Assembly: GCA_050253205.1 (NCBI GenBank)
Contig: JBFWJM010000001.1
Span: 1 to 43,639, forward strand
Origin: Desulfovibrionaceae bacterium
Lineage (GTDB): Bacteria > Desulfobacterota > Desulfovibrionia > Desulfovibrionales > Desulfovibrionaceae
DNA: 43,639 nt
Direction: 5' to 3'
The position numbers and the translations under genes were made by a program. The stretch's first letter is position 1; each line of letters starts with the position of its first letter. Under the pieces are notes generated by a model that was given only the letters and a program-made list of their open reading frames with translations, was not told where the DNA came from and ran no database searches. Shown one piece after another: positions 1 through 7,618 of this stretch.

Positions 1-94
1 AATACACTGCGCGTCCTGGATTTATTCACTGCCTTGCAGCTCACACTTATTGAACGGCCTGCGGAAAATGAGTTTTTCAACAGTCCGCCAACTA

Positions 95-1375
95 TTATAA
101 CTTGAACAACTCATCGGGCAAAGTCCGATTTTGTTCAAACATATCAACTAATTTCGAACGACTGACGGTCTTCTGCCCGCCGCCCTCGGCCATGTCCTTC
201 ACCGTGACCGTGCCCTCGGCCACCTCGGCCCCGCCAAGGATGAGGCAGAACCTGGCCCCGGATTTGTCCGCCGCGCGCATGCGGCTCTTCATGGACCCGG
301 CCGCGAAGTCGGCCACACCGCTCTTGCCCGCAGCGCGCAGCTCCTGCGCCAGGAGCAGGGCCGGGCCAGTTGCCGCCGCGTCCACCACGGCCACGTAGAA
401 GTCCGGCCGCGCGGGCTCGGGGTCGGGCAGCAGCAGGGCGATGCGCTCCATGCCGATGGCGAACCCGGAGGCGCAGACATCGCCCCCGCCCAGATTCTTC
501 ACCAGCCCGTCGTACCTCCCGCCGCCGGCCACAGACGACTGGGAGCCGATGTCCCCGGAAACCACCTCGAAGGTGGTGCGCTGGTAGTAGTCCAGCCCGC
601 GCACCAGCCGGGGGTTCACCACGTAGGCCACCCCTGACGCGTCGAGAATGGCCTTCACCGCCGCGAAGTGCTCGGCGCAGCCCTGGCAGAGCGAGTCCGT
701 CACCGTGGGGGCATTGCGCACCAGCTCCTTGCAGGAGGGCACCTTGCAGTCGAGCACGCGCAGGGGATTGGTGTCCTTGCGGCGGCGGCAGTCCTCGCAG
801 AGCAGGTCCGTGTCAAAGGTATTGTAGAAATCGATGAGCGACTGGCGGTACGCCGGACGGCACTCGGGACAGCCCAGGGAGTTGAGCTCCACGGAGAGCT
901 TGGCCAGCCCCAGGGACTCCAGGAAGCTGGCGAGCATGAGGATGAGCTCTGCGTCGGCCTCGGGCTCGGGCGCGCCGAAGGTCTCCACGTCCAGCTGGTG
1001 GAACTGGCGCATGCGGCCCTTCTGCGGGCGCTCGTAGCGGAACATGGGCCCGAAGGTGAAATACTTGGAGACCTTGCCGGGCTGGTGGACCTTGCCTTCG
1101 ATGAACGCGCGGCACATGCCCGCCGTGGCCTCGGGGCGCATGGTCAGGGAGCGGCCCTTGCGGTCCGGGAAGGTGTACATCTCCTTGCCCACCACGTCCG
1201 TGTCCTCGCCGATGGATTTGGCGAAAAGCTCGGTCTTTTCCAGGATGGGCAGCCGCAGCTCCTCGAACCCGTAGCGGGAGAAGGTCTCGCGCGCGGCGTT
1301 TTCCATGCGCGTGAACTTCTCGGCGTCGGCCCCGAACATGTCGGCGAAGCCCTTGATTTTCTGAATCTTGCCCAT
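95..1375 (-). CDS. hisS: Histidine--tRNA ligase (class II aaRS)
   Basis: 426-aa ORF; N-terminus MGKIQKIKGFADMF..., MRPEATAGMCRAF and GGGRYDGL motifs typical of HisRS; GAGGA RBS upstream of the ATG at 1375. Confidence 0.95.
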   Translation of the reverse strand: MGKIQKIKGFADMFGADAEKFTRMENAARETFSRYGFEELRLPILEKTELFAKSIGEDTDVVGKEMYTFPDRKGRSLTMRPEATAGMCRAFIEGKVHQPGKVSKYFTFGPMFRYERPQKGRMRQFHQLDVETFGAPEPEADAELILMLASFLESLGLAKLSVELNSLGCPECRPAYRQSLIDFYNTFDTDLLCEDCRRRKDTNPLRVLDCKVPSCKELVRNAPTVTDSLCQGCAEHFAAVKAILDASGVAYVVNPRLVRGLDYYQRTTFEVVSGDIGSQSSVAGGGRYDGLVKNLGGGDVCASGFAIGMERIALLLPDPEPARPDFYVAVVDAAATGPALLLAQELRAAGKSGVADFAAGSMKSRMRAADKSGARFCLILGGAEVAEGTVTVKDMAEGGGQKTVSRSKLVDMFEQNRTLPDELFKL

Positions 1376-1523
1376 GGTCTGTCCTCGGTGTCCGCGCGCG
1401 CTTCGCGCGGCGGCCGTTGCGCTGGTGTTGGAACCGAACTTCGTTAGACCATCAGTGGGAGATTGTCAAAACGGTGATATGCACGGGGCCGGATTCCGGC
1501 CGCGCATATCGGCCGCCTGTCCT

Positions 1524-1627
1524 GGCAGCATCACGGCAGCATCACGGCAGCATCACGGCGACATCTTCCTGTTGGCATCGCGGCGGCATCTCGGGCGTCG
1601 TCCTGGCGGCATCCCGGCGGCATCTCG
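1524..1627. repeat. Degenerate 11-12 bp tandem array, unit GGCRGCATC(NN)
   Basis: ggcagcatcac x3 perfect (1524-1556), then ggcgacatctt, ggcggcatctcg (1582), ggcggcatccc (1605), ggcggcatctcg (1616); non-coding hisS/ferredoxin spacer. Confidence 0.8.
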
Positions 1628-1881
1628 ATCGCGCCCCAGTCGCACTTTGGGCGCGCCCCCATCACATCCGGATCGCACCCGGGTCGCTACCGATCAACCC
1701 CCTCCCCCCCGCAGCGGGCGCTCAGGCCCACCTTGCCCTTGCGGAAAGCACCCTCCGAGGCCGCTTTCGCAGCATCACCATTTTCTTTTTTTGTGAGTTG
1801 TATTTTCATTTGAAACAAGCAGTTTAGCGATCGGTGATGCTCTCTGCCACCGCAAAGAGAGCAATACAGCCCATGTTTTGA

Positions 1882-1904
1882 TTGACATTCAACAGTAATG
1901 TCAA
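1882..1904. promoter_or_regulatory. Perfect 8-bp-arm palindrome TTGACATT-N7-AATGTCAA, about 57 bp upstream of the ferredoxin start
   Basis: Read directly; lies in an AT-rich patch and overlaps a TTGACA -35-like hexamer. Confidence 0.4.
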
Positions 1905-1960
1905 ATACGCTTTCTTATTAAGCAATCACAGTCTTATTGACGGGTTATAAGGAGTTCAAG

Positions 1961-2134
1961 ATGCATAAAATCGATCCCGAGGAATGTCAGTTCTGTGGTG
2001 CCTGTCAAAGTGTCTGCCCTTCGGACGCCATTGTGCACCCGACCGGGAAAAATTATTACGAAATCACCGAAGACTGTATGGATTGCGGCTCGTGCGAAGC
2101 GGAATGTGGCTTCGGCGCGATCAGCGGCGAGTAG
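1961..2134 (+). CDS. Small 2x[4Fe-4S] ferredoxin (57 aa)
   Basis: CQFCGACQSVCP and CMDCGSCEAEC cluster motifs; AAGGAG RBS 6 nt before the ATG at 1961 (the track ORF starts earlier, at a TTG at 1937). Confidence 0.85.
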   Translation: MHKIDPEECQFCGACQSVCPSDAIVHPTGKNYYEITEDCMDCGSCEAECGFGAISGE

Positions 2135-2384
2135 CCAGCAAGGGAAAGTGCTGGCCGGGCTGTTTGCGGACGGCCGGGCCAGATTGCGGGCGGCATCTGA
2201 TTGAGGGCGGCATCTGGGCGATCCAGGTGCCGTTTTCCATTCACGGAAGGAAAAGCACGGGAGAAACCTGGGCGAGGGGGCCCCTGCGGACATTAAAATC
2301 GGCAGGGAGCAACCGACAAGGCGGGCCATGGCTGATGTGCCGGGCGGCCCGGGGGGCGGGTGCCGGGCGAGACGGCGGCTTCGG

Positions 2385-2512
2385 CGCAACAATAAATTGG
2401 ATGGGCTCTTGCGTTCCGTTTATTCCCGTCCGGAACAGCATTGCTCCCAGACATGCGGCAGCAGATTTTCGGGAGAGTGTTCCTTGCCGAGAAGCATCAC
2501 CACCGGGTCTAC
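2385..2512. repeat. 128-bp direct repeat, copy A
   Basis: Near-identical (2 mismatches noted by eye) to 3138-3265; starts cgcaacaataaattggatg..., ends ...caccaccgggtctac. Confidence 0.9.
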
Positions 2513-3016
2513 ATCTCCTGGGGTCCTTCTGTACGCTCCGTCAGTATAGGTTACGAGTGAATTCCATGCGACCAGATCATGAAAGCCATTTGTATTTGTC
2601 GGCAGCACTCGCGGCGAATACTCGGTGATCAACAAATAATATATCTCCTTCCATTCCCCACTCTCATCTGGCGTGAACAGACCAATCCACGCTCCCTCAA
2701 TGCCGCTGAAGGGCTGGATACCCGAAGTGACGAACAACTCCTCAAGTCCATCATCGTTAAGATCGATTGTTGCCACATAAACGGTAGCCAGCGGATCCCG
2801 GCCATTCTCGACAACCAACTCCAGATCTTTCTTGAGAAGACCCCATACGGTCTCCTTGTAACAGCTCTTCCCTAATCGCTCCCACTCCAGGGCCTCGGGC
2901 TTCCAATCGGCATATGCAAACGGCACACTGCACAACAAGAGCATCACAACAATTGATCCACGAAGACAGAACATTGTCCGAACCATGAGATATTTGTTCT
3001 TGACGTCAGTCGTCAT
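2420..3016 (-). CDS. Hypothetical exported protein (signal peptide; DxNxDG-type patch)
   Basis: ORF 2420-3034; hydrophobic N-terminal segment ...GSIVVMLLLCSVPFAYA/DW; DLNDDGLEELFV resembles FG-GAP/Ca-binding loops; the last ~30 aa are encoded inside repeat copy A; start is uncertain (3016 preferred, GAGGTG upstream). Confidence 0.5.
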   Translation of the reverse strand: MTTDVKNKYLMVRTMFCLRGSIVVMLLLCSVPFAYADWKPEALEWERLGKSCYKETVWGLLKKDLELVVENGRDPLATVYVATIDLNDDGLEELFVTSGIQPFSGIEGAWIGLFTPDESGEWKEIYYLLITEYSPRVLPTNTNGFHDLVAWNSLVTYTDGAYRRTPGDVDPVVMLLGKEHSPENLLPHVWEQCCSGRE

Positions 3017-3137
3017 TTCCCACCTCGTTGGCAAACACGATGTTGAATCCGCTCATTTTTTTGATGTATTCTGACAAACTCTCGAATGGTCTTTTCCTGC
3101 ACTTCGCATGAATCGTCACATGGGTGCATCTCTAGAA

Positions 3138-3265
3138 CGCAACAATAAATTGGATGAGCTCTTGCGTTCCGTTTATTCCCGTCCGGAACAGCATTGCTCC
3201 CAGACATGCGGCAGCAGATTTTCGGGAGAGTGTTCCTTGCCGAGATGCATCACCACCGGGTCTAC
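3138..3265. repeat. 128-bp direct repeat, copy B
   Basis: See copy A; lies 90 bp downstream of the stop of the 3355-4479 gene. Confidence 0.9.
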
Positions 3266-3354
3266 GTTTCCAGTGATTCATCTTACTTCTTGTAAGTAGA
3301 GCTGCCGATGAAATCCATTTATCTTGGTCGGCATCACTCTCTGCGAATGCTATA

Positions 3355-4479
3355 TTATGGGTCGTAACGGGAAACTGTGTCCTTGATGACATTCGCAAAG
3401 CGGTAAATATCGTCCAGCGATGTAATGGGCTCCCTGGATTCGTTCTTATCAGCATCAAAAAGCCCAAGATACTTTTGAGCAGTGTTAAAATGGAATCGAC
3501 AGATTGGTTTTCGGTTGTTGTCATCCAAAAGAACACCACAATAGCTCTGCCTGTCTCGGATGGCCACGCGGGAGACATCTATGACTTCACGGAGGATCGA
3601 CTTGATCACCAGAAAGGCCTCTGTTTCATCTTCCGTGGTCACTATCTTGATGATCTCATCTCCATTTTCCTGCTCTTCTGTTTCCGCAGCCTGAGGCTCA
3701 TTATGTTTCCTGTCGGATTCCGCTCTGTTCAGGGCGCTTTTCAGGCGTTCGTCAACTCTATCGTCGATCAAATCCTTGGCGGCATGAACAACCCTGGATC
3801 GAAACTCCTTAAGAATGTTGGCCCGCAGAGGCCCATTGTGTACTTGTGAGGCAAACACTCGGACGAAATCGTCGCCGGGGGTATCAAGCTGTTCCGCGAG
3901 AAGTCGCTTAATCTGCCGCATGTACTTCAGGTTTTGTGCAGCATTCAAGGTGTTATCTTCATCAAATTGGCCCTGAGCTAGTTTTTCCAACTCTGGTATA
4001 AGGCTTTCGTCTACACTTCCGAAGTCGAACACCATGAACGGTTTTGGGTCCATAATGTTCGGTCTGTCTAAATCTGAATAGAATTCGTAAACAATTCCAT
4101 CTGTTAACACTCCAACACGAGCAGTTGGCGTATTTTGGAAATATCGATGCAGCTGATTAGCCTTTCCAGAATCGAGACATGCACCACATGTTTTGCATTC
4201 AAACAGCATGATAGGGTTGCCATCTTTCATGACAGCATAATCGACCTTTTCTTTCTTTTTTGTGCCGATGTCAGACGTAAATTCAGGTACAACCACGCGT
4301 GGGTCGAATGGATCATAACCGAGAAGCTGTAAAAAGGGTTGAATAAAAGCGTTCTTCGTCGCCTCCTCGGTGGTGATGTGCTCTCGAAGTTCCCGGATTC
4401 TGGAGGAAAGGTCCGCTACTTTGCTGGCAAACACAGGCTCGCTCCCGTTTCGAGTTGAAATCAACAAATTGAAACCCAA
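3355..4479 (-). CDS. Type I restriction enzyme HsdR N-terminal-domain (PD-(D/E)xK nuclease-like) protein, stand-alone
   Basis: 374 aa; EEATKNAFIQPFLQLLGY...VVPEF...KVDYAVMKDGNPIMLFECK matches the HSDR_N-type D...E-x-K nuclease core; no HsdM or HsdS nearby. Confidence 0.7.
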   Translation of the reverse strand: MGFNLLISTRNGSEPVFASKVADLSSRIRELREHITTEEATKNAFIQPFLQLLGYDPFDPRVVVPEFTSDIGTKKKEKVDYAVMKDGNPIMLFECKTCGACLDSGKANQLHRYFQNTPTARVGVLTDGIVYEFYSDLDRPNIMDPKPFMVFDFGSVDESLIPELEKLAQGQFDEDNTLNAAQNLKYMRQIKRLLAEQLDTPGDDFVRVFASQVHNGPLRANILKEFRSRVVHAAKDLIDDRVDERLKSALNRAESDRKHNEPQAAETEEQENGDEIIKIVTTEDETEAFLVIKSILREVIDVSRVAIRDRQSYCGVLLDDNNRKPICRFHFNTAQKYLGLFDADKNESREPITSLDDIYRFANVIKDTVSRYDP

Positions 4480-4598
4480 ATAGGGTATTTTCTACTCTCC
4501 ATACGAGGCGAATAAAGTCAAGGCTTCCGCTCAGTTTTCAGGAAAGAGTTTCAATGGTGTGTTCTGACCGAACCACCATGGCGGGAGTGCTCTCCCCA

Positions 4599-4704
4599 GA
4601 GGAATTGTTCCGGCGCGGGCCCACCACACCGAAAGACAAGGCGCAAGAAAAGGGCAGGCCGGGTGCGCGAATGGCGCGTATTCAAAATACGCGAGGGTCT
4701 GCCC
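4599..4704. repeat. Terminator-like module, copy X (gaggaattgttccggcgcg ... gggcag ... gcgtattcaaaatacgc ... ctgccc)
   Basis: Shares three blocks with 4840-4927; on the minus strand the hairpin is followed by TTTTCTT. Confidence 0.7.
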
Positions 4705-4876
4705 AGGAGCGATTGCGACCATCGCCCGAGGCGGGAAGCACAAACGGCTGCACGCCGCGAGAGCAAGACGCAAGGGCGGGCCCTGGCCGGGCGGGCATCA
4801 AGGGATCATTCCGAAAAAATCATCCGCCACAACGACCGCGAGGAATTGTTCCGGCGCGAGGCTGGCAAGGCGTAAG

Positions 4877-4927
4877 AAAAGGGCAGGATCGCTGCGTATT
4901 CAAAATACGCGAGGGTCTGCCCTTTTT
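4877..4927 (-). terminator. Rho-independent (bidirectional-looking) terminator downstream of nrdJ, copy Y of the module
   Basis: aaaaGGGCAG...(internal palindrome gcgtattcaaaatacgc)...CTGCCCttttt; T-runs on both strands. Confidence 0.7.
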
Positions 4928-4964
4928 GAAGCAACGAAGCCAGCCCCGATGCCGGGGCAATGCC

Positions 4965-7217
4965 TCAGCAGCGGGTCCAGCCGCACTTATGGCACTTCTG
5001 ACACCCCTCCTCGATGACCAGTTCCTCCCCGCAGTCCGGGCAGGTGGGGCGCACCAGGCTGCCCGTGCCGTCGGAGACGTGCTCGCCCTTCATGTAGCGG
5101 CTCTCAAAGACCCAGGCGATGGCGTCGGGGATGGACTTGCAGAGGAACTTCTTCTGGAACTTGGGGTGCTCCCCGCCGATGCCCTTGAGCTGGGCCACGA
5201 TCTCGCGGACCTCGACCCCCGAGCGCAGCGCCAGGGAGACGAGCCTGCCGATGGCCTCGGCCTTGGCCATGATGCTCGCCCCGGACTTGCCGATGGTGGC
5301 GAAGACCTCGAAGGGTCGTCCGTCCACCTCGTTGATGGTCAGGTAGAGCTCGCCCAGGCCGGTGCCGACCTTCTGGGTGAAGCCGTAGACCACGTCGGGC
5401 CGATCGCGCACCACGGAGCCGTCCTTGCCCTTGGCGTCTTTTTTCTTGTCGCCGTCTCCGGTGCAGAGCACCTGGCTCTGCTTGCAGCCGTCGCGATATA
5501 CGGTGACGCCCTTGCAGCCGGTCTCGTAGGCCTTCCAGTAGATTTCCCAGATGTCCTCGATGGTGGCCTCGTTTGGCAGGTTCACGGTCTTGGAGACGGC
5601 GTTGTCCGTGCCCTTCTGGAAGGCGGCCTGCATCTTCAGGTGCCAGAGGGGCGCGATGTCCATGGCCGTGACGAAGACGCGCTTGAGGTCATCGGAGACC
5701 ACGTCCATCTTCTGCACGGAGCCGACCTTGGCCACCTCCTCCATGAGCTTGGCGGAGTGCGCGCCCTCGTCCTTGAGCGCCTGCTCGAAGAAGGGGTTGG
5801 TCTCCACCAGCTTGTCGTTGTCCATGACGTTTCGCACGAAGGAGAGGGCGAACAGGGGCTCCACGCCCGAGGAGCAGCCCGCGATGATGGAGAGGGTGCC
5901 CGTGGGCGCGATGGTGGTGGTGGTGGCGTTGCGGTAGGGGCCGAGGTTGCGCTGGCCGTAGACGGACTCGGCATACGCCGGGAACGCGCCGCGCTCGGCC
6001 GCCAGGGTCTTGGAGGCGCTTCTGGCCTCGGCCTGGACGAACTCCATGAGCTTCTGGCCGAGGATCACGGCCTCCTGGGAGTCGTAGCCCACGCCGAGCT
6101 GGTAGAGCAGGTCGGCCCAACCCATGACCCCCAGGCCGATCTTGCGATTGGTGCGGACCATCTCCTCGATCTCGGGCAGGGGGTAGCGCGAGGCGTCGAT
6201 GACGTTATCAAGGAAGCGCACGGAGAGGTGGATGGCACCTTTGAGGCCCTCCCAGTCCACGCCGTCGCAGACGCGGGCCTTGTCCTGCACCTTGCCGAGG
6301 CAGAAGCGGCCGAGGTTGATGGACCCGAGGTTGCAGGCCTCATAGGGCAGCAGGGGCTGCTCGCCGCAGGGGTTGGTGGATTCGATCTCGCCCAGGTGCG
6401 GGGTGGGGTTGTCGCGGTTGATGCGGTCGAGGAAGACGATGCCCGGATCGCCGGACTCCCACGCCTTCTGCACGAGGATGGAATACACCTTGCGGGCGGG
6501 CAGGCGCTCAATGACCTTGCCGTTGTGCGGGGCCACGAGGTCGTACTCCTCGTCCTTTTCCACGGCGCGCATGAACCGCTCGGTGAGGCCCACGGAAAGG
6601 TTGAAGTTGTTCAGCTCGCCCTCGCGCTCCTTGGCCTTGATGAAGCGCATGATGTCCGGATGGTCCACGCGCAGGATGGCCATGTTGGCCCCGCGGCGGG
6701 TGCCGCCCTGCTTCACCTGCTCGGTGGCGGTATTGAATATCTTGAGAAACGAGATGGGCCCGGAGGCGATGCCGCCGGTGGAGCCCACGCGGCTGTCCTG
6801 CGGCCTGAGGCGCGAGAAGGAGAAGCCCGTGCCCCCGCCGGACTTGTGGATCATGGCCGCGTTCTTCACGGCGTCGAAGATCTCCTCCATGGAGTCGCCC
6901 ACAGGCAGCACGAAGCAGGCGGCCAGCTGGCCCATGTCCGTTCCCGCGTTCATGAGCGTGGGCGAGTTGGGCAAAAAGGTCCAGGAGGTCATGAGGTCGT
7001 AGAACTGCCGGGCGAGCTTGGCCGGGGTGAAGGGCGACTTCTCGTACTTGGCCTCCTCGGCGGCGATGTTGGCGGCCACGCGCCAGAACATCTCGCGCGG
7101 GGCCTCGAAGGGCACGCCCTGCTCATCCTTGCGCAGATAGCGTCGGGTGAGCACGGTCTTGGCGTTGTCGTTGAGCTTCGGTTCCGGGAGGTTGGCGGGG
7201 AGTTTTGGAGCGGACAT
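4965..7217 (-). CDS. nrdJ: Class II (adenosylcobalamin-dependent) ribonucleoside-diphosphate/triphosphate reductase
   Basis: 750 aa from MSAPKLPANLPEPKLNDNAKTVLTRRYL...; NPCGEQPL active-site motif; C-terminal Cys-rich tail CPDCG...CQKCHKCGW; start trimmed from the track ORF (7355) to the ATG at 7217. Confidence 0.92.
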   Translation of the reverse strand: MSAPKLPANLPEPKLNDNAKTVLTRRYLRKDEQGVPFEAPREMFWRVAANIAAEEAKYEKSPFTPAKLARQFYDLMTSWTFLPNSPTLMNAGTDMGQLAACFVLPVGDSMEEIFDAVKNAAMIHKSGGGTGFSFSRLRPQDSRVGSTGGIASGPISFLKIFNTATEQVKQGGTRRGANMAILRVDHPDIMRFIKAKEREGELNNFNLSVGLTERFMRAVEKDEEYDLVAPHNGKVIERLPARKVYSILVQKAWESGDPGIVFLDRINRDNPTPHLGEIESTNPCGEQPLLPYEACNLGSINLGRFCLGKVQDKARVCDGVDWEGLKGAIHLSVRFLDNVIDASRYPLPEIEEMVRTNRKIGLGVMGWADLLYQLGVGYDSQEAVILGQKLMEFVQAEARSASKTLAAERGAFPAYAESVYGQRNLGPYRNATTTTIAPTGTLSIIAGCSSGVEPLFALSFVRNVMDNDKLVETNPFFEQALKDEGAHSAKLMEEVAKVGSVQKMDVVSDDLKRVFVTAMDIAPLWHLKMQAAFQKGTDNAVSKTVNLPNEATIEDIWEIYWKAYETGCKGVTVYRDGCKQSQVLCTGDGDKKKDAKGKDGSVVRDRPDVVYGFTQKVGTGLGELYLTINEVDGRPFEVFATIGKSGASIMAKAEAIGRLVSLALRSGVEVREIVAQLKGIGGEHPKFQKKFLCKSIPDAIAWVFESRYMKGEHVSDGTGSLVRPTCPDCGEELVIEEGCQKCHKCGWTRC

Positions 7218-7618
7218 GAAAACCCTTATCTCTTTGGAATTTGTAATGAATAAAAATGGATAGCCCGGCAACAGGAGGCATCGGGGCCATACGGGATGTA
7301 ACCCGGATGACCGTAAAAGACCAGGGTGGGGGAGGGTGTTTTTCGGCCCTGGCAACAGCGGCCGACCAAATCGAGAAAAACTCTAGAGACTTGCGGAGGT
7401 ATTTTTTCTCTCCCCCAGTTCCCCCCCAGGGCTGCGGAAAGGAGCGATCCGCCGGGAACGGTTTTCCCACCGCATTCCGGAGAGGGGCATGCGCAGGAAC
7501 GCGGAGGAGAAAACCCCGCCCGATAAAGCCGGCCGGAGCCTCCGGAGGGGGGCCGCGCCCGGTTCATCGACAACGACGGGTACATGGCGTATCATTGGCG
7601 TTTGGAGGCAGCGAAAGC

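Larger units (their letters stand above)
2385..4550. other. Low-GC islet (visibly AT-richer than the flanks) carrying two accessory genes
   Basis: Composition shift by eye: GC-rich up to about 2384, AT-rich from the start of repeat copy A to about 4550; no integrase or transposase seen. Confidence 0.5.

Noticed and set aside
1524-1627. CRISPR array hypothesis for the short tandem repeats here and at 24881-24915, 26565-26655 and 42458-42567
   Set aside because: The units are 9-15 bp and contiguous, with no unique spacers of 25-40 bp and no cas genes. These are simple tandem repeats.
1368-1827. Two overlapping ~140-aa plus-strand ORFs in the hisS-ferredoxin spacer
   Set aside because: The Arg/Pro/Ser/His-rich translations are driven by the tandem repeat array, and there is no RBS. 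I treated the region as non-coding.
4554-7253. 899-aa plus-strand ORF, and similar giants: 15925-19287 (-), 20505-23594 (-), 32164-35124 (+), 32300-35113 (-), 27364-29247 (+), 36907-38508 (-), 9081-10604 (-), 13027-14400 (+), 14462-15847 (-)
   Set aside because: Each lies antisense to or out of frame with a gene that has unmistakable family motifs (nrdJ, dnaN/gyrB, gyrA, HK/pgi, helicase, glnA and others). Their translations are Gly/Ala/Arg/His/Val-rich low-information sequence, typical of stop-poor shadow frames in high-GC DNA.
7260-7500. Cobalamin riboswitch in the nrdJ leader (minus strand contains ggaatgcggtgggaaaaccg, vaguely like the GGGAA...GGUG..AA..CC core)
   Set aside because: I could not find the GCCACUG element or a B12 box. 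A B12-dependent enzyme is also not an expected target of B12 repression. An Infernal scan with RF00174 would settle it.
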